Assembly (NCBI GenBank): GCA_002269645.1
Contig: NIVC01000255.1
Span: 372,001 to 436,000 of the forward strand
Direction of reading: 5' to 3'
DNA from: Macrostomum lignano
Taxonomy: Eukaryota
DNA: 64,000 bases
The position numbers and the translations under genes were made by a program. Under the pieces are notes generated by a model. It saw only the letters and a list, made by a program, of their open reading frames with translations, was not told where the DNA came from and did no database searches. The stretch's first letter is position 1. Each line of letters begins with the position of its first letter. Below, one piece after another: positions 12,145 through 25,836 of the stretch.

Positions 12145-15100
12145 TTAGGCAGTCTGCAGAAACGAGTCGAGACTACTCAGCTCAGTCTCGAGGCTGTCCG
12201 TCACCCGCTCCAGCGCTTCTCGCCTCTCCTCAGTCTCGCCGACAATGTCAGCCAAGTTGACCAGCAGCCGCAGGTCGACCTCTTGAAACTCCGACCGCAT
12301 CACATCGTCCTCCTCCCAGCCGTCCTCCAGACGCTCTCGGGCCGCACGTCGTCGCTCCTCTTGGCGAACTTTGGCGTGCAGCGCCGACTCCCAGGTCAGC
12401 CGCATGCGGCCTGTGCGCTGCTCAAACCTTTGAAGTTGTCGATTTGCGTCACAAGCTTTGCTTAAGGCACTTTCATTAAGTTCATAGCACACCCTATCCA
12501 AAGAGTCCATCCCACACCACATCTTAGAGCACGACCAATCCCAAACCACCTTCCTATGATAGTTAATCTCAAACCCCATCCTGGTAGGATATCAATCCCA
12601 CACCCCATCCTAGTGGGAGATCAATCCCACATCCCATCCTAGAGGACAACCAATCCCACACCCCATCATAGCAGTGAATCCCACACCCCATCATAGCGCA
12701 TTGAACCCCACACCCCATCATAGCGCAGTGAATCCCACACCCCATCCTTAAGTGAATCAATCCCACACCCTATCATAGCTCAGTGAATCCCACACCCCAT
12801 CATAGCTCAGTGAATCCCACACCCCATCCTTAAGTGAATCAATCCCACACCCCATCATAGCTCAGTGAATCCCACACCCCATCCTTAAGTGAATCAATCC
12901 CACGCCCCATCATAGCATAGTGAATCCCACACCCCATCATAGCGCAGTGAATCCCAACCCATCCTTAAGTGAATCAATCCCACACCCCATCATAGCTCAG
13001 TGAATCCCACACCCCAGCATAGCGCAGTGAATCCCACACCCCATCCTTAGGTGAATCAATCCCACACCCCATCATAGCGCAGTGAATCCCACACCCCATC
13101 CTTAGGTGAATCAATCCCACACCCCATCATAGCGCAGTGAATCCCACACCCCATCCTTAGGTGAATCAATCCCACACCCCATCATAGCGCAGTGAATCCC
13201 ACACCCCATCATAGCGCAGTGAATCCCACACCCCATCCTTAGGTGAATCAATCCCACACCCCATCATAGCGCAGTGAATCCCACACCCCATCATAGCGCA
13301 GTGAATCCCACACCCCATCCTTAGGTGAATCAATCCCACACCCCATCATAGCGCAGTGAATCCCACACCCCATCATAGCGCAGTGAATCCCACACCCCAT
13401 CATAGCGCAGTGAATCCCACACCCCATCATAGGTGAATCAATCCCGCACCCTATCATAGGTGAATCAATACCACACCCTATCATAGCACTGAATTCCACA
13501 CCCCATAATAGCGCAGTAAATCCCACACCCCATCATAGCACAGTGAATCCCGAACCCCATCATAGCGCAGTGAATCCCACACCCCATCCTTAGGTGAATC
13601 AATCCCACACCCCATCATAGCGCAGTCAATCCCACACCCCATCATAGCGCAGTCAATCCCACACCCCATCATAGCGCAGTCAATCCCACACCCCATCATA
13701 GCGCAGTCAATCCCACACCCCATCATAGCACAGTGAATTCCGCACCCCATCATAGCGCAGTGAATCCCACACCCAATCATAGGTGAATCAATACCACACC
13801 CCATCATAGCACAGCGAATCCCACACCCCATCATAGCGCAGGGAATCCCACACCCCATCATAGCACAGCCAATCCCACACCCAACCCGAGGCCCCTTAAG
13901 TCCGCACCCTTGAATTCCATTGCGCAGTCTAGCATTCTCCTCCAGCACAGTTTTGAGCTTGCAACCGAGCGAGTAGATGTCCTTCTCAGACCGCATCCTC
14001 TCTTCGGCGAGCTCTTCGAGCTGTCGCTCGGCCTGAGCAAGCTTTCTCTGCTTCTCGCGCTCCAGCTCGGAGATCTCATTGCCCAGCTGGCCAATCTGCG
14101 AGTCGGTCCGTTTCGAGCTCTCCTCCAGACCGGTCTTCCGGTTCTTCAGCGCCACAATTTTCTTTTTCAAAGCGTCGTAGTCGGCCAGGGTTTGATCGAA
14201 GAACGCTTCGAATTCGGCGAACTTCGGCAGCAGCTCCTCGAGCTCCCGGCTCCGGTCGGTCCGGTCCTGGCCCAGGCGCTCCAGGTCTCTTTCTAGGAAA
14301 TCAATTATGCCCTCCTTCTGTTTTGTGACCTCGGCGAAGTCGCGCCTGCCGCGTTCCAGCTCGCCCTCTAGCCTGGCTCGCCGGTCGGTGTCCTCTTTGA
14401 TCTTGCCGACCAGCTCGTTGTGCTGCGGGGGGCGAGGGGGAAATTTGTGTCATAGACAGCAGACTGTGTCATAGACAGCAGACTGTGTGTCATAGATAGT
14501 AGGCTGTGTGTCTTAGACAGCAGGCTGTGTGTCTTAGACAGCAGACTGTATGTCATAGAAAGCAGACACTGTATGTCATAGACAGCAGACACTGTATGTC
14601 ATAGACAGCAGACACTGTATGTCATAGACAGCAGACACTGTATGTCATAGACAGCAGACACTGTATGTCATAGACAGCAGACACTGTATGTCATAGACAG
14701 CAGACATTGTGTTTCATAGAAAGCAAACACTGTATGTCATAGAAAGCAGACACTGTATGTCATAGACAGCAGACACTGTATGTCATAGACAGCAGACACT
14801 GTATGTCATAGACAGCAGACACTGTATGTCATAGACAGCAGACATTGTGTTTCATAGAAAGCAAACACTGTATGTCATAGACAGCAGACACTGTATGTCA
14901 TAGACAGCAGACACTGTATGTCATAGACAGCAGACACTGTGTTTCATAGACAGCAGACACTGTATGTCATAGACAGCAGACACTGTGTTTCATAGACAGC
15001 AGACACTGTATGTCATAGACAGCAGACACTGTGTGTCTTAGACAGCAGACACTGTATGTCATAGACAGCAAACACTGTATGTCATAGACAGCAGACACTG

Positions 15101-18100
15101 TATGTCATAGACAGCAGACACTGTATGTCATAGACAGCAGACACTGTATGTCATAGACAGCAGACACTGTGTTTCATAGACAGCAGACACTGTATGTCAT
15201 AGACAGCAGACACTGTGTTTCATAGACAGCAGACACTGTATGTCATAGACAGCAGACACTGTGTGTCTTAGACAGCAGACACTGTATGTCATAGACAGCA
15301 GAGGGCAGACCGGCAACCCGCAAATACTTGTAGACAACCAGCTTTGCCTACTCCGATGTGACCACTGAGCACGCAGTGTCGCGCAGGAACCCGGATACTT
15401 AGATATCAGAAGACACCGCACTCACCTCATCATTAAGCGCAACGTTCTCGTGCTTCAAATCCGTAATGAGCTTGTTCATCTGCCGAGTAAAAGCGTTCTG
15501 CTCTTTGTTAAACTTGTCAATGGTATCCTGCAGCTTGTCGTTTGTGTCCTGCACCGTCATTCTGCAAGTTCATGGGGAATTGGGAAAAATTATTCAGCAT
15601 TTTGAGTTTTTCCATAGAAGTCCAGGAGACATGGGCGTCGCCACTGGGGGATAGGGGGCATGTCCTCCTAGTAAAAGCTATGGGGTGACATGCCAATGCT
15701 TTGTCTCCCCACCCCACTTTGTGGCCCGTTATGGAAACCAAAAGTTTTGCTTCAGGTTGCCAAAATGAGTACCTGCGGCGCTAAAATGAGTGCCTGTGGC
15801 GCTAAAATGAGTGCCTGTGGCGCTAAAATGAGTGCCTGCGGCGCTAAAATGAGTGCCTGCGGTGCTAAAATGAGTGCCTGCGGCGCTAAAATGAGTGCCT
15901 GTGGCGCTAAAATGAGTGCCTGCGGCGCTAAAATAAGTGCCTGTGGCGCTAAAATGAGTGCCTGCGGCGCTAAAATGAGTGCCTGTGGCGCTAAAATGAG
16001 TGCCTGCTGCGGCGCTAAAATGAATGCCTGCGGCGCTAAAATGAGTGTCTGTGGCGCCAAAATGAGTGCCTGTGGCGCTAAAATGAGTGCCTGCGGCGCT
16101 AAAATGAGTGCCTGCGGCGCTAAAATGAGTGGCTACGGCGCTAAAATGAGTGCCTGCGGCGCTAAAATGAGTGCCTGCGGTGCTAAAATGAGTGCCTGCT
16201 GCGGCGCTAAAATGAGTGCCTGTGGCGCTAAAATGAGTGCCTGCGGCGATAAAATGAGTGCCTGTGGCGCTAAAATGAGTGCCTGTGGCGCTAAAATGAG
16301 TGCCTGCGGCGCTAAAATGAGTGCCTGCGGTGCTAAAATGAGTGCCTGCGGCGCTAAAATGAGTGCCTGTGGCGCTAAAATGAGTGCCTGTGGCGCTAAA
16401 ATGAGTGCCTGCGGCGCTAAAATGAGTGGCTACGGCGCTAAAATGAGTGCCTGCGGCGCTAAAATGAGTGCCTGCGGCGCTAAAATGAGTGCCTGCGGTG
16501 CTAAAATGAGTGCCTGCTGCGGCGCTAAAATGAGTACCTGCGGCGCTAAAATGAGTGCCTGCGGCGCAAAAACGAATGCCTGCTTGCGGCGCTAAAATGA
16601 GTGCTGACAACACCGATTCTCAAAATGATGTACATGTAGAATTCTTGGCTTTGCCCCCCCACCATAAAAACCATGGCGACGCCCCTGCCAGGATCGGTAA
16701 GGTACATGTATCGGGAAACTGACTTTCTAAATGCATTTTTTCAGCGAATGGACGATTTTTTCATCCATGCTAGAGACTACTTATAGTCGAACGTCGATTA
16801 TCAGTAGTGTATTGCAGATTTTCTCACCGCTCGCTTCGCTCCCTTGTCAGCTGCTCTTTCATCTCGGCGATCTGCTTGTTGTAAGTCAAAACAGCGGACC
16901 TGGGGGGAAAAATTGTAAAATTTAATTTGAATGGCAACACGTTTTAAACAAACATTGCAATAAGTTTGAAACATAAAATAGCAAAATTTTTTGTTCACGC
17001 AAAATTTTCTAGAAAAGCAACAGCAAACTGGTGCCAAAAAATGAATGACAGTCGTTTTAACAAAATACAATTAAACTAAGTCATGTGCAAAACGGAGTTC
17101 ATGGCAAATCTCTAAATAATAATGACCAGATTTTAATGGGTTTAAAACGATTTTTTTAAGTTGTAGCAGTGCCAATATGGAAGGGTCTACCATGGGTTGT
17201 AGAGGATTTAAATTAGATAGATCATAATATTGTGTAGCAATTGTGCATATTTACTCTTCTAGGTAATGTAGCCAGCTACACAAGTCGTGAACCCCTCTGT
17301 TAATTTTTCTGTAAGCTCGAGTCTCTGTCACACTGACCTGTGACCCCCTCTGCCACACTGACCTGTGACCCCTCTGTCTCTCAGCTGTGACCCCGTCTGT
17401 CTCTCAGCTGTGACCCCCTCTGCCACACTGACCTGTGACCCCCTGTCTCTCAGCTGTGACCCCATCTGTCTCTCAGCTGTGACCACGTCTGTCTCTTAGC
17501 TGTGACCCCGTCTGTCCCTTAGCTGTGACCCCGTCTGTCTCTCAGCTGTGACCCCGTATGTCTCTTAGCTGTGACCCCGTATGTCTCTTAGCTGTGACCC
17601 CGTATGTCTCTTAGCTGTGACCCCGTATGTCTCTTAGCTGTGACCCCGTATGTCTCTTAGCTGTGACCCCGTCTGTCTCTCAGCTGTGACCCCGTATGTC
17701 TCTTAGCTGTGACCCCGTCTGTCTCTCAGCTGTGACCCCGTATGTCTCTTAGCTGTGACCCCGTCTGTCTCTCAGCTGTGACCCCGTATGTCTCTCAGCT
17801 GTGACCCCGTCTTTCTCTCAGCTGTGACCCCCCTCTGTCTCTGAGCTGTGACCCCCGTCTGTCATTACAGGCCGAACTCTGTCGCCGGTCTCTGGGCCGC
17901 CCGTCTGAGCTGTCGGTGCTTCGCCACAGTGCGCTGAATCTCCTCTGGATCGGCGCGGGGATCGAACCCCGCACCTGACGGCGCAGTGCCGCTGAGCAGC
18001 CACGACACGCGCTGGGATTTGCTGATTGAGAAAGTTTTCAAAAACATTTCTTAATCGGTTCTTTGTGGCCGACTGAAGCCAGAATTTCCCATCTGGGTGG

Positions 18101-21100
18101 GATCTTTCTATGGGGATTTTTACTCAGGAAGAATTGGAAAGGTGTTGGGAGTTCCGAGATTTGGAATGGAAGATTAGGAATGGGATATTTGAGATTTGGG
18201 ATGGGAGACTTAAAACTAAGGATGTGAGATTCGAGACTAGGGATGGGAGACTACAGATTAAGAATGGGAGATTTGAGATTAGAGATGAGAGATTTGAGAT
18301 TAGGGATGGGAGCTTAGAGATTCAAGATGGGAGATTATAGGGATTAAAGATGGGATATCAGAGATTAGGGATAATTGGATGGATTAAGACCTTAAGTAGA
18401 TTTTCTAAATTCGAATCCTCATTTGCCATGGCTGCGAGGCGATGTTGACATCCGCACAAAAAGCAGTCACAATACCTGTCAGACGACTGAGATGATTGGT
18501 TGATCCAACCCTCATCCTTGGCCCTGCGATGATTTGGGATCATTGGGAACAGTTGATGAGCAGTTAATTGCTGTTGTTATCATTTTGCTCTCAGCTTCGG
18601 CTTCAATAGAGGTTGCGAAAGTGATTTTTAATATCATGTGAACTCTGCATTTTAAGAAGTTTGAGTTTTATTGATGAAAACTTCATAATTTAGCACCTGT
18701 TGCAGTATTTTTATTACAAGCGTAATATAAATATGGTCATTAGTACATCAATAATAAGGCACACCAATTAGCACACCAATTAGAACCCCAATTAGAACCC
18801 CAATTAGCACCCGGTTGGAACTCCAATTAGAACCTAATTAAAACCCTAATTATCACACCGATTCGCAAACCAATTTGCACACCAATTAGCTTTCCGATTA
18901 GTACCCCAATTAGCACACAATTAGAACCCCAATTAGCACTAGTTAGCAGACACCGTCGCCTCCACCCTCTCACCTGTGAGCGTCCGCCAGCTCCATTCTG
19001 CGATTCTCCATATCGATAATTTCCTGCTGCAGTCTGCCAATGTCTTCAGCCTTGGAGGCGAGGTCATTTCTGGCCTCCTGCAGTCTGAAAAGTTTCGCAA
19101 TGAAGTTCTGGTTGATTAAAATTTGATCCAACAACTATTGGCTAGGTGGAATTGTAATGCTTTGAGTACTGCGTGTCCTTACGGCTTTGCACTGTTGGCT
19201 CGGGTTTAACAGGATGGGATGAGACTGGACGGGATGGGATCGGGTGAGATTGAATGGGATGGGGTGAGATTGGATGGGATGGGGTGAGATTGGATGGGAT
19301 GGGGTGAGATTGGATGGAATCGGGTGAGATTGAATGGGATGGGATGGGGTGAGATTGGATAGGATGGGGTGAGATTGGATGGGATCGGGTGAGATTGAAT
19401 GGGATGGGGTGAGATTGGATGGAATCGGGTGAGATTGGATGGGATGGGGTGAGATTGAATGGAATCGGGTGAGATTGGATGGGATCGGGTGAGATTGGAT
19501 GGGATAGGGTGAGATTGAATGGGATGGGATGGGGTGAGATTGGATGGGATGGGGTGAGATTGGATGGGATCGGGTGAGATTGAATGGGATGGGGTGAGAT
19601 TGGATGGGATCGGGTGAGATTGAATGGGATGGGATGGGGTGAGATTGGATAGGATTGGGTGAGATTGAATGGGATGGGTGAGATTGGATGGGATAGGGTG
19701 AGAAGATTGGATGAGATAGGGTGAGATTGTATGAGATAGGGTGAGATTGGATGGGATAGGGTGTAATTGTATGGGATAGGGTGAGATTGGATGGGATGGG
19801 GTGAGATTGGATAGGATGTGTGAGATTGGATAGGATAGGGTGAAATTGGATTGAAAAGATTGGATTCGGGACAGTTCTAGCACTTTCAACTCAGAGCAAA
19901 ACTTGCAACCGCCCACATAGGGCTGTAAGTGACATAGACAGTGACAAAATGTGACAGGCAGGCAGTAACAAAAACCGACAAAAGAAGTCTGCACGAAAAA
20001 GTGCAGAAGCAAGTAATCAATAACTGATAGTACAGCAACAAATTAAAGATATATCGGCTTATTAGCCCTTGAAAGTTCTCTACAAGACAGACAAGAATTA
20101 GCGCTCGCAAAAGAATTAAAGCTGTTGACTGCAGTTCATCTGCATGTACGTTTGGTCATACGGTTCACACTTACCTGTCTTCCTGTTCACAGTTTTGTAA
20201 GAGGTGTAAAGTTTTGTCAAGACAAGAGATACTGAGGTGCAACGTACGCCTAGGATGTATTGTCGATTATATAGTCAGCCACTGAACCCACCGACTAAAA
20301 TCTCAATCGCCTAAATCCACTGATGGATTTCACAGGGGATTCCACTGAAGGGGATTCCACTGAGGGGGGATTCCACTGAGGGGGGATTCCACTGAGGGGG
20401 GATTCCACTAAAGGGATTCCACTGAGGGGGGATTCCACTGAGGGAGATTCCACTGAGGGGGGATTCCACTGAGGGAGATTCCACTGAGGGAGATTCCACT
20501 GAGGGGGGATTCCACTGAGGGAGATTCCACTGAGGGAGATTCCACTGAGGGGGGATTCCACTGAGGGAGATTCCACTGAGGGGGGATTCCACAGGAGGAT
20601 TTCTCTGAGGGGGATTCCACTGAGGGGGGATTCCACTGAGGGAGATTCCACTGAGGGGGGATTCCACAGGAGGATTTCTCTGAGGGGGATTCCACTGAGG
20701 GGGGATTCCACTGAGGGGGGATTCCACAGGAGGATTTCTCTGAGGGATATTCCACTGAGGGGGGATTCCACTGAGGGAGATTCCACTGAGGGGGGATTCC
20801 ACAGGAGGATTTCTCTGAGGGGGATTCCACTGAGGGGGGATTCCAATGAGGGGGGATTCCACAGGAGGATTTCTCTGAGGGGGATTCCACTGAGGGGGGA
20901 TTCCAATGAGGGGTATTCCACTGAGGGGATTCCAATGAGAGGGGACTCCAGGAGGATTTCTCTGAGGGGACTTCCACTGAGGGGGATTCTAATGAGGGGG
21001 ATTCCACTGAGGGGGGATTCCACAGAAGAATTCTCCGAGGGGAATTCCACTGAGGGGGATTCTAATGAGGGGGATTCCACTGAGGGGGGATTCCACAGAA

Positions 21101-24100
21101 GAATTCTCTGAGGGGGATTCCACTGAAGGGGATTCCTCTGAGGGGGGTTCCACTGAGGGGGATTCCACTGAGAGGGGATTCCACAGGAGGATTTCTCTGT
21201 GGGGGATTCCACAGGAGGATTTCTCTGAGGGGGATTCCACTGAGGGATATTCCACTGAGAGGGGATTCCAATGATGGGGATACCACTGAGGGGGAATTCC
21301 ACAGGAGGATTTCTCTGAGGGGAATTCCACTGAGGGGGGATTTCATTGAAGGGATTCCAATATTAAGTTTTTCAGCAAAGCAGATATAAAATATATAAAT
21401 ATTATTCTTACTCTTCGCTTTTCTCTCGGACTGTCTTGGCGTCCTGCTCACGAACCAGAACGGCCTCGTCGAGGACTGCGAGTTGTGTGATGGGGAACAG
21501 TTATTAAGAACACAGCACAGCCTCAATCCTAATGGATGCTCACCGTCCTTGAGTTCCTCTTTCTTCTGAATGCTCAGGTCCCATCTCAACTCACCATCTC
21601 TGAGTTCCTCCTTCTTCTGAATGCTCAGGTCCCGTCGCTTCTCTTGTCGCCGACTTTTCTCATTGAAATCCTCGACAGTCTTCTTCATCTGCGCCATGAG
21701 TCGCTGGTGATTTTCAGTCATTGATTTGTTCAGCTGACGAATTCGCTCGCTGAAAATAGTTAGATATGAGTCATGCTTTTGGGATCAGATACGTGTCGTC
21801 TTGAAACTTGAGCAGCCATGTCAATGCTTACATTTCATCTCGCAGCATCTTGTTCCGCTCCATCTGTCGCTCAGTTCGCTGGCGAGTGTCCGCCTCCTGC
21901 GACTCCAGACTGGAGTTCTTCTCTTCCAGCTTCTGCTTTTGCTGGACGATGGGGAAGATGCGGGAAGAGGCTACAGACACCCTCTGACCCCCTACAGACA
22001 CCCTTTGACCCCCTACAGACACCCTCTGACCCCCTACAGACACCCTTTGACCCCCTACAGACACCCTCTGATCCCCTACAGACACCCTCTGACCCCCTAC
22101 AGACACCCCCTGACCCCCTACAGGCACCCACTGACCCCCACAGACACCCACCTGTGACCCCTACAGACACCCGCCATTGACCCCCACAGACACCCACCTG
22201 TGACCCCTACAGACACCCACAATTACTCACCTTGGTGAGGTCGTTCCTCTCCTTCGTGGTCTCCGCCAGCTCCACGCTGACCTCAGCAAGCACCTGCTTC
22301 TTCTCGTCATTTTTCTCCTTTTGGGCGTTGAATTTTTGCACAGTTTCGCCCTGTGAATTTGAGAGTAGAACGCGAGATAAATTTTGGTACTAACATTCGG
22401 CTTTCTCTACTTATAGTAGGAAAAATAGAAACTCTGTGTAATAGGACACTTGTTTAAATTAGGACATCAATAAATTTAAATGAAATGGCGCCACTCATCT
22501 CAAATAAAATGGCGCCCCTCATCTCAAATGAAATGGCGCCACTCATCTCAAATGAACTGGCGCCACTTATCTCAAATGAAATGGCGCCACTTATCTCAAA
22601 TGAAATGGCGCCACTCATCTCAAATAAAGTAGCTGTCAGACTAGGACCGCAAGTTAAAACTTAGTCTCACCGTCTCCTCCGCCAGTTTCTGCTTGGTCTC
22701 ACGGTGTTGCGCACGCTCCACCACCATCTGCTCCTTCAATCGGACAACGTCCTCCTCCAAGTCCACGATGTTCACATTGGCTGAGCGCACCGTGTCTCGA
22801 TTCTCGTTCAACGAGATCTGCTCGCCAGCCTTGTCAGCGAGGCGCTCATTTAGTTTGGCCACCTCAGCTTCGAACACCAGCTTTATCACGTCTCGCTCAG
22901 GCCTGCAGGGTTTGATTTTAGGTGTGAAAGTTCACGGGCTGGCTGACTGGAGTTTGAGAACTGCAACGGCTGTGTGCAGGTCTGCGTGCTCCGGTTTACC
23001 ATTCTCTCATTTTCCTCTGCATCTTTCAATTCTCCACAAATAGCCCACTCTCCTCTCTGAACCCTCCCCTCCCCCCTTCTCCTTTCTCTCTCTCCTCTCC
23101 TCTCTTCAATCTCCCTTCTCCTCTCTTCCATCTCCCTTCTCCTCTCCTCCATCTCCCTTCTCCTCTCTTCCATCTCCCTTCTCCTCTCTTCTCTCTTCCA
23201 TCTCCCTTCTCCTCTCTTCCATCTCCCTTCTCCTCTATTCCATCTCCCTTTTCCTCTCTTCCATCTCCCTTCTCCTCTCTTCCATCTCCCTCCTCCTCTC
23301 TTCCATCTCCCTTCTCCTCTCTTCTCTCTTCCATCTCCCTTCTCCTCTCTTTCATCTCCCTTCTCCTCTCTTCCATCTCCCTTCTCCTCTCTTCCATCTC
23401 CCTTCTCATCTCTTCTATCTCCCTTCTCCTCTCTTCTATCTCCCTTCTCCTCTCTTCCATCTCCCTTCTCCTCCCTTCCATCTCCTATCTTCTCTCTTTC
23501 ATCTCCATTCTCCTCTCTTCCATCTCCCTTCTCCTCTCTTCCATCTCCCTCCTCCTCTCTTCAATCTCCCTTCTCCTCTCTTCTCTCTTCCATCTCCCTT
23601 CTCCTCCCTTCCATCTCCTATCTTCTCTCTTTCATCTCCATTCTCCTCTCTTCCATCTCCCTTCTCCTCTCTTCTATTTCCCTTCTCCTCTTTTCTATCT
23701 CCCTTCTCATCTCTCTTCCCTCTCCCCTCTCCTCTCTCCTCCCTCTTCTTCTTTTTAAGTACAAATTTTTCATTTTAAACGATAGAATATATAAATTGAA
23801 CTCACCCCAGACCCTCGGTCTCCGCATCCAGCTGTTTGGCGTGAGTCTCCAGATATTCAATTTCATCAATAATTTCCTGCAGCTGTCGCTTCAGTCCATT
23901 GATTGTGTCTTCGTTCAGGGATCTGGCAGCTTTGACGGCCTCTGCGGTGCGTTTGGGGGGAGGGGGCGGGTGGTCAAAGCCTCACCTATCAGTAATAATC
24001 CGCCCCCTACCCATCAGTAAGATCCGCTCCCTACCCATCAGTAAGATCCGCCCCCTACCCATCAGTAAGATCCGCTCCCTACCAATCAGTGAGATCCGCC

Positions 24101-25836
24101 CCCTACCCATCAGTAAGATCCGCTCCCTACCCATCAGTAAGATCCGCTCCCTACGCATCAGAAAAATCCGCCCCCTACCCATCAGTAAAATCCGCCCCTA
24201 CCCATCAGTAAAATCCGCCCCCTACACATCAGTAAGATCCGCCCCTACCCATCAGTAAAATCCTCCCCCTACCTATCAGTAAGATCCGCCCCCTACCCAT
24301 CAGTAAGATCCGCCCCCTACCCATCAGTGAGATCCGCCCCCTACCCATCAGTAAGATCCGCCCCTAACCATCAGTAAAATCCGCCCCCTACCTATCAGTA
24401 AGATCCGCCCCCTACCCATCAGTAAGATCCGCTCCCTACCCATCAGTAAGATCCGCTCCCTACGCATCAGAAAAATCCGCCCCCTACCCATCAGTAAAAT
24501 CCGCCCCTACCCATCAGTGAGATCCGCTCCCTACCCATCAGTGAGATCCGCCCCCTACCCATCAGTAAGATCCGCTCCCTACCCATCAGTGAGATCCGCC
24601 CCTACCCATCAGTGAGATCCGCCCCTACCCATCAGTGAGATCCGCCCCTACCCATCAGTGAGATCCGCCCCTACCCATCAGTAAGATCCGCTCCCTACCC
24701 ATCAGTGAGATCCGCCCCTACCCATCAGTGAGATCCGCCCCTACCCATCAGTGAGATCCGCCCCTACCCATCAGTAAGATCCGCTCCCTACCCATCAGTA
24801 AGATCCGCTCCCTACCCACCAGTAAGATCCGTCCCTCTATCTATAAACCGGCTTTTCATACAGATTCACTCATAATCGTATAAGCAAGTAGATATCTTTA
24901 CATAGTAAAGTAGAGATCTCTCAATAAATTCCAACTCCCATCTATGGCCCAATCTACACCCCCCCCCTAGCAGAAAACTCAGGTGAAACTTATCGAGCAC
25001 CAACCATGAATCTCGCGATTGATTTCATCAGGATAGTGCATCAGCTTGTGCCGCACTGCGCAGCACTTGATAGTTTCAGTTTCAAGGATGTCTTTCGCTT
25101 TGTTTCTGTGCAGTTCCTGCGTTAAAAAAAATCGATATGATTATTAAATTGGAATCGACTGAGTATTAAAAGAACAATATGAATTTTTATATAATTTTCA
25201 GCTCACTAGCTCATGTAGTGCATCGATGATGTCGTCAATGTGGCCAACATCTGACTCCTTAAAGTCGAACGGTTCTGAGCGCATTCGGCTGCCTAGATAG
25301 ATTGGGAGATTTTAAAAATAATATTTTCATCGTTAAAATAAAATCGCTTTATAAAATTTACAATATTATTTTTTTAATAAGGTTTGTTACGCCTGCATGA
25401 ATTACTGATATGATAATTTTCTAACACATTAATTAATTCTAGATTTTTTTTTAAATTTGATTCTTTATGATATTTTTAATACTTATTCTATATGATAAAA
25501 ATTTGTAAAATTTTATTGTAAAATCCAATATACTTTTTTATGCTAAAATTGTGGTTAAAATAGAAAATTTAAAATAAATGCTTCAAAGTTAAGGAGTAAA
25601 CAAATCAGTCATTGTAGAAGAATTTGATTCTCAAATTAAGAAAAAATCTTTAAACTGACATAGGACTATGCTAGAGTTAGCTGGGATTTATATATCAACG
25701 CAATGAAATGAAATAATAATATTTAACAGAATTGTGAATTAGTGAATATTTGTTTACCTAATTCATGCAAACGCTGGGCAGCAATGAGAACCTCTTTTAC
25801 TTCCACAATTGAAAGCGTTTCTGACTCTTCAGACAT
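12145..25836 (-). CDS. CCDC175: CCDC175-like long coiled-coil protein, 14 exons, 747 or 764 aa
   Basis: Phase-consistent GT-AG exons: 25836-25758, 25292-25207, 25116-25005, 23941-23806, 22902-22671, 22350-22231, 21941-21832, 21749-21595 (or 21544), 21475-21412, 19084-18974, 16899-16828, 15561-15426, 14422-13908, 12460-12145. EAVKAARSLNEDTINGLKRQLQEIIDEIEYL and LTYNKQIAEMKEQLTRERSER resemble vertebrate CCDC175 as I recall it; not database-verified. Confidence 0.7.
12590..13880. repeat. Intronic minisatellite, ~27-bp unit gtgaatcccacaccccatcatagcgca
   Basis: Tandem copies visible; fills CCDC175 intron 13. Confidence 0.95.
14445..15300. repeat. Intronic minisatellite, 23-bp unit gacagcagacactgtatgtcata
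   Basis: Tandem copies visible. Confidence 0.95.
15630..16687. mobile_element. hAT-type MITE containing a ~40-copy 21-bp minisatellite (ggcgctaaaatgagtgcctgc, ~15770-16605)
   Basis: TIRs CATGGGCGTCGCCA / TGGCGACGCCCCTG (13/14 match). Flanks ccaggaga / ccaggatc (6/8, degenerate 8-bp TSD). The right half recurs at 46373-46501. Confidence 0.75.
17325..17865. repeat. Intronic minisatellite, 23-bp unit agctgtgaccccgtatgtctctt
   Basis: Tandem copies visible. Confidence 0.95.
17946..18012 (-). other. tRNA-like / SINE-head sequence
   Basis: GTGGCTGCTCAGCGG (A-box-like), then GCGGGG-TTCGAT-CCCCGC (perfect T-arm stem, B box), ending ..CCA. No proper anticodon arm. Confidence 0.4.
18760..18945. repeat. 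Degenerate ~11-bp repeat (caccaattag)
   Basis: Tandem copies visible. Confidence 0.8.
19210..19860. repeat. G-rich minisatellite, 20/25-bp unit gggtgagattggatgggat(g)
   Basis: Tandem copies visible. Confidence 0.95.
20330..21360. repeat. G-rich minisatellite, 15-16-bp unit ggattccactgaggg(gg) with aggaggatttctct variants
   Basis: Tandem copies visible. Confidence 0.95.
21970..22220. repeat. Minisatellite, ~21-bp unit cccctacagacaccctctga
   Basis: Fills CCDC175 intron 6. Confidence 0.9.
22480..22630. repeat. 24-bp repeat aaatgaaatggcgccactcatctc, ~6 copies
   Basis: Tandem copies visible. Confidence 0.9.
22990..23750. repeat. Polypyrimidine minisatellite, 21-bp unit catctcccttctcctctcttc
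   Basis: Tandem copies visible. Confidence 0.95.
23985..24835. repeat. Minisatellite, 23-24-bp unit atccgccccctacccatcagtaag
   Basis: Tandem copies visible. Confidence 0.95.

Noticed and set aside
15690-16613. GAKMSAC-repeat ORFs, and similar ORFs at 19206-21330, 33151-34321, 48251-49583, 50059-51374, 53415-54956, 59384-61303
   Set aside because: Intronic or intergenic minisatellites with no splice-phase link to flanking exons.
17865-18047. Extra CCDC175 coding exon
   Set aside because: No acceptor/donor pair I tried preserves phase 2-to-2, and exon 10 joins exon 11 cleanly without it.
19886-20270. Hydrophobic ORF and isolated splice-like sites
   Set aside because: No recognisable domain or consistent exon chain.
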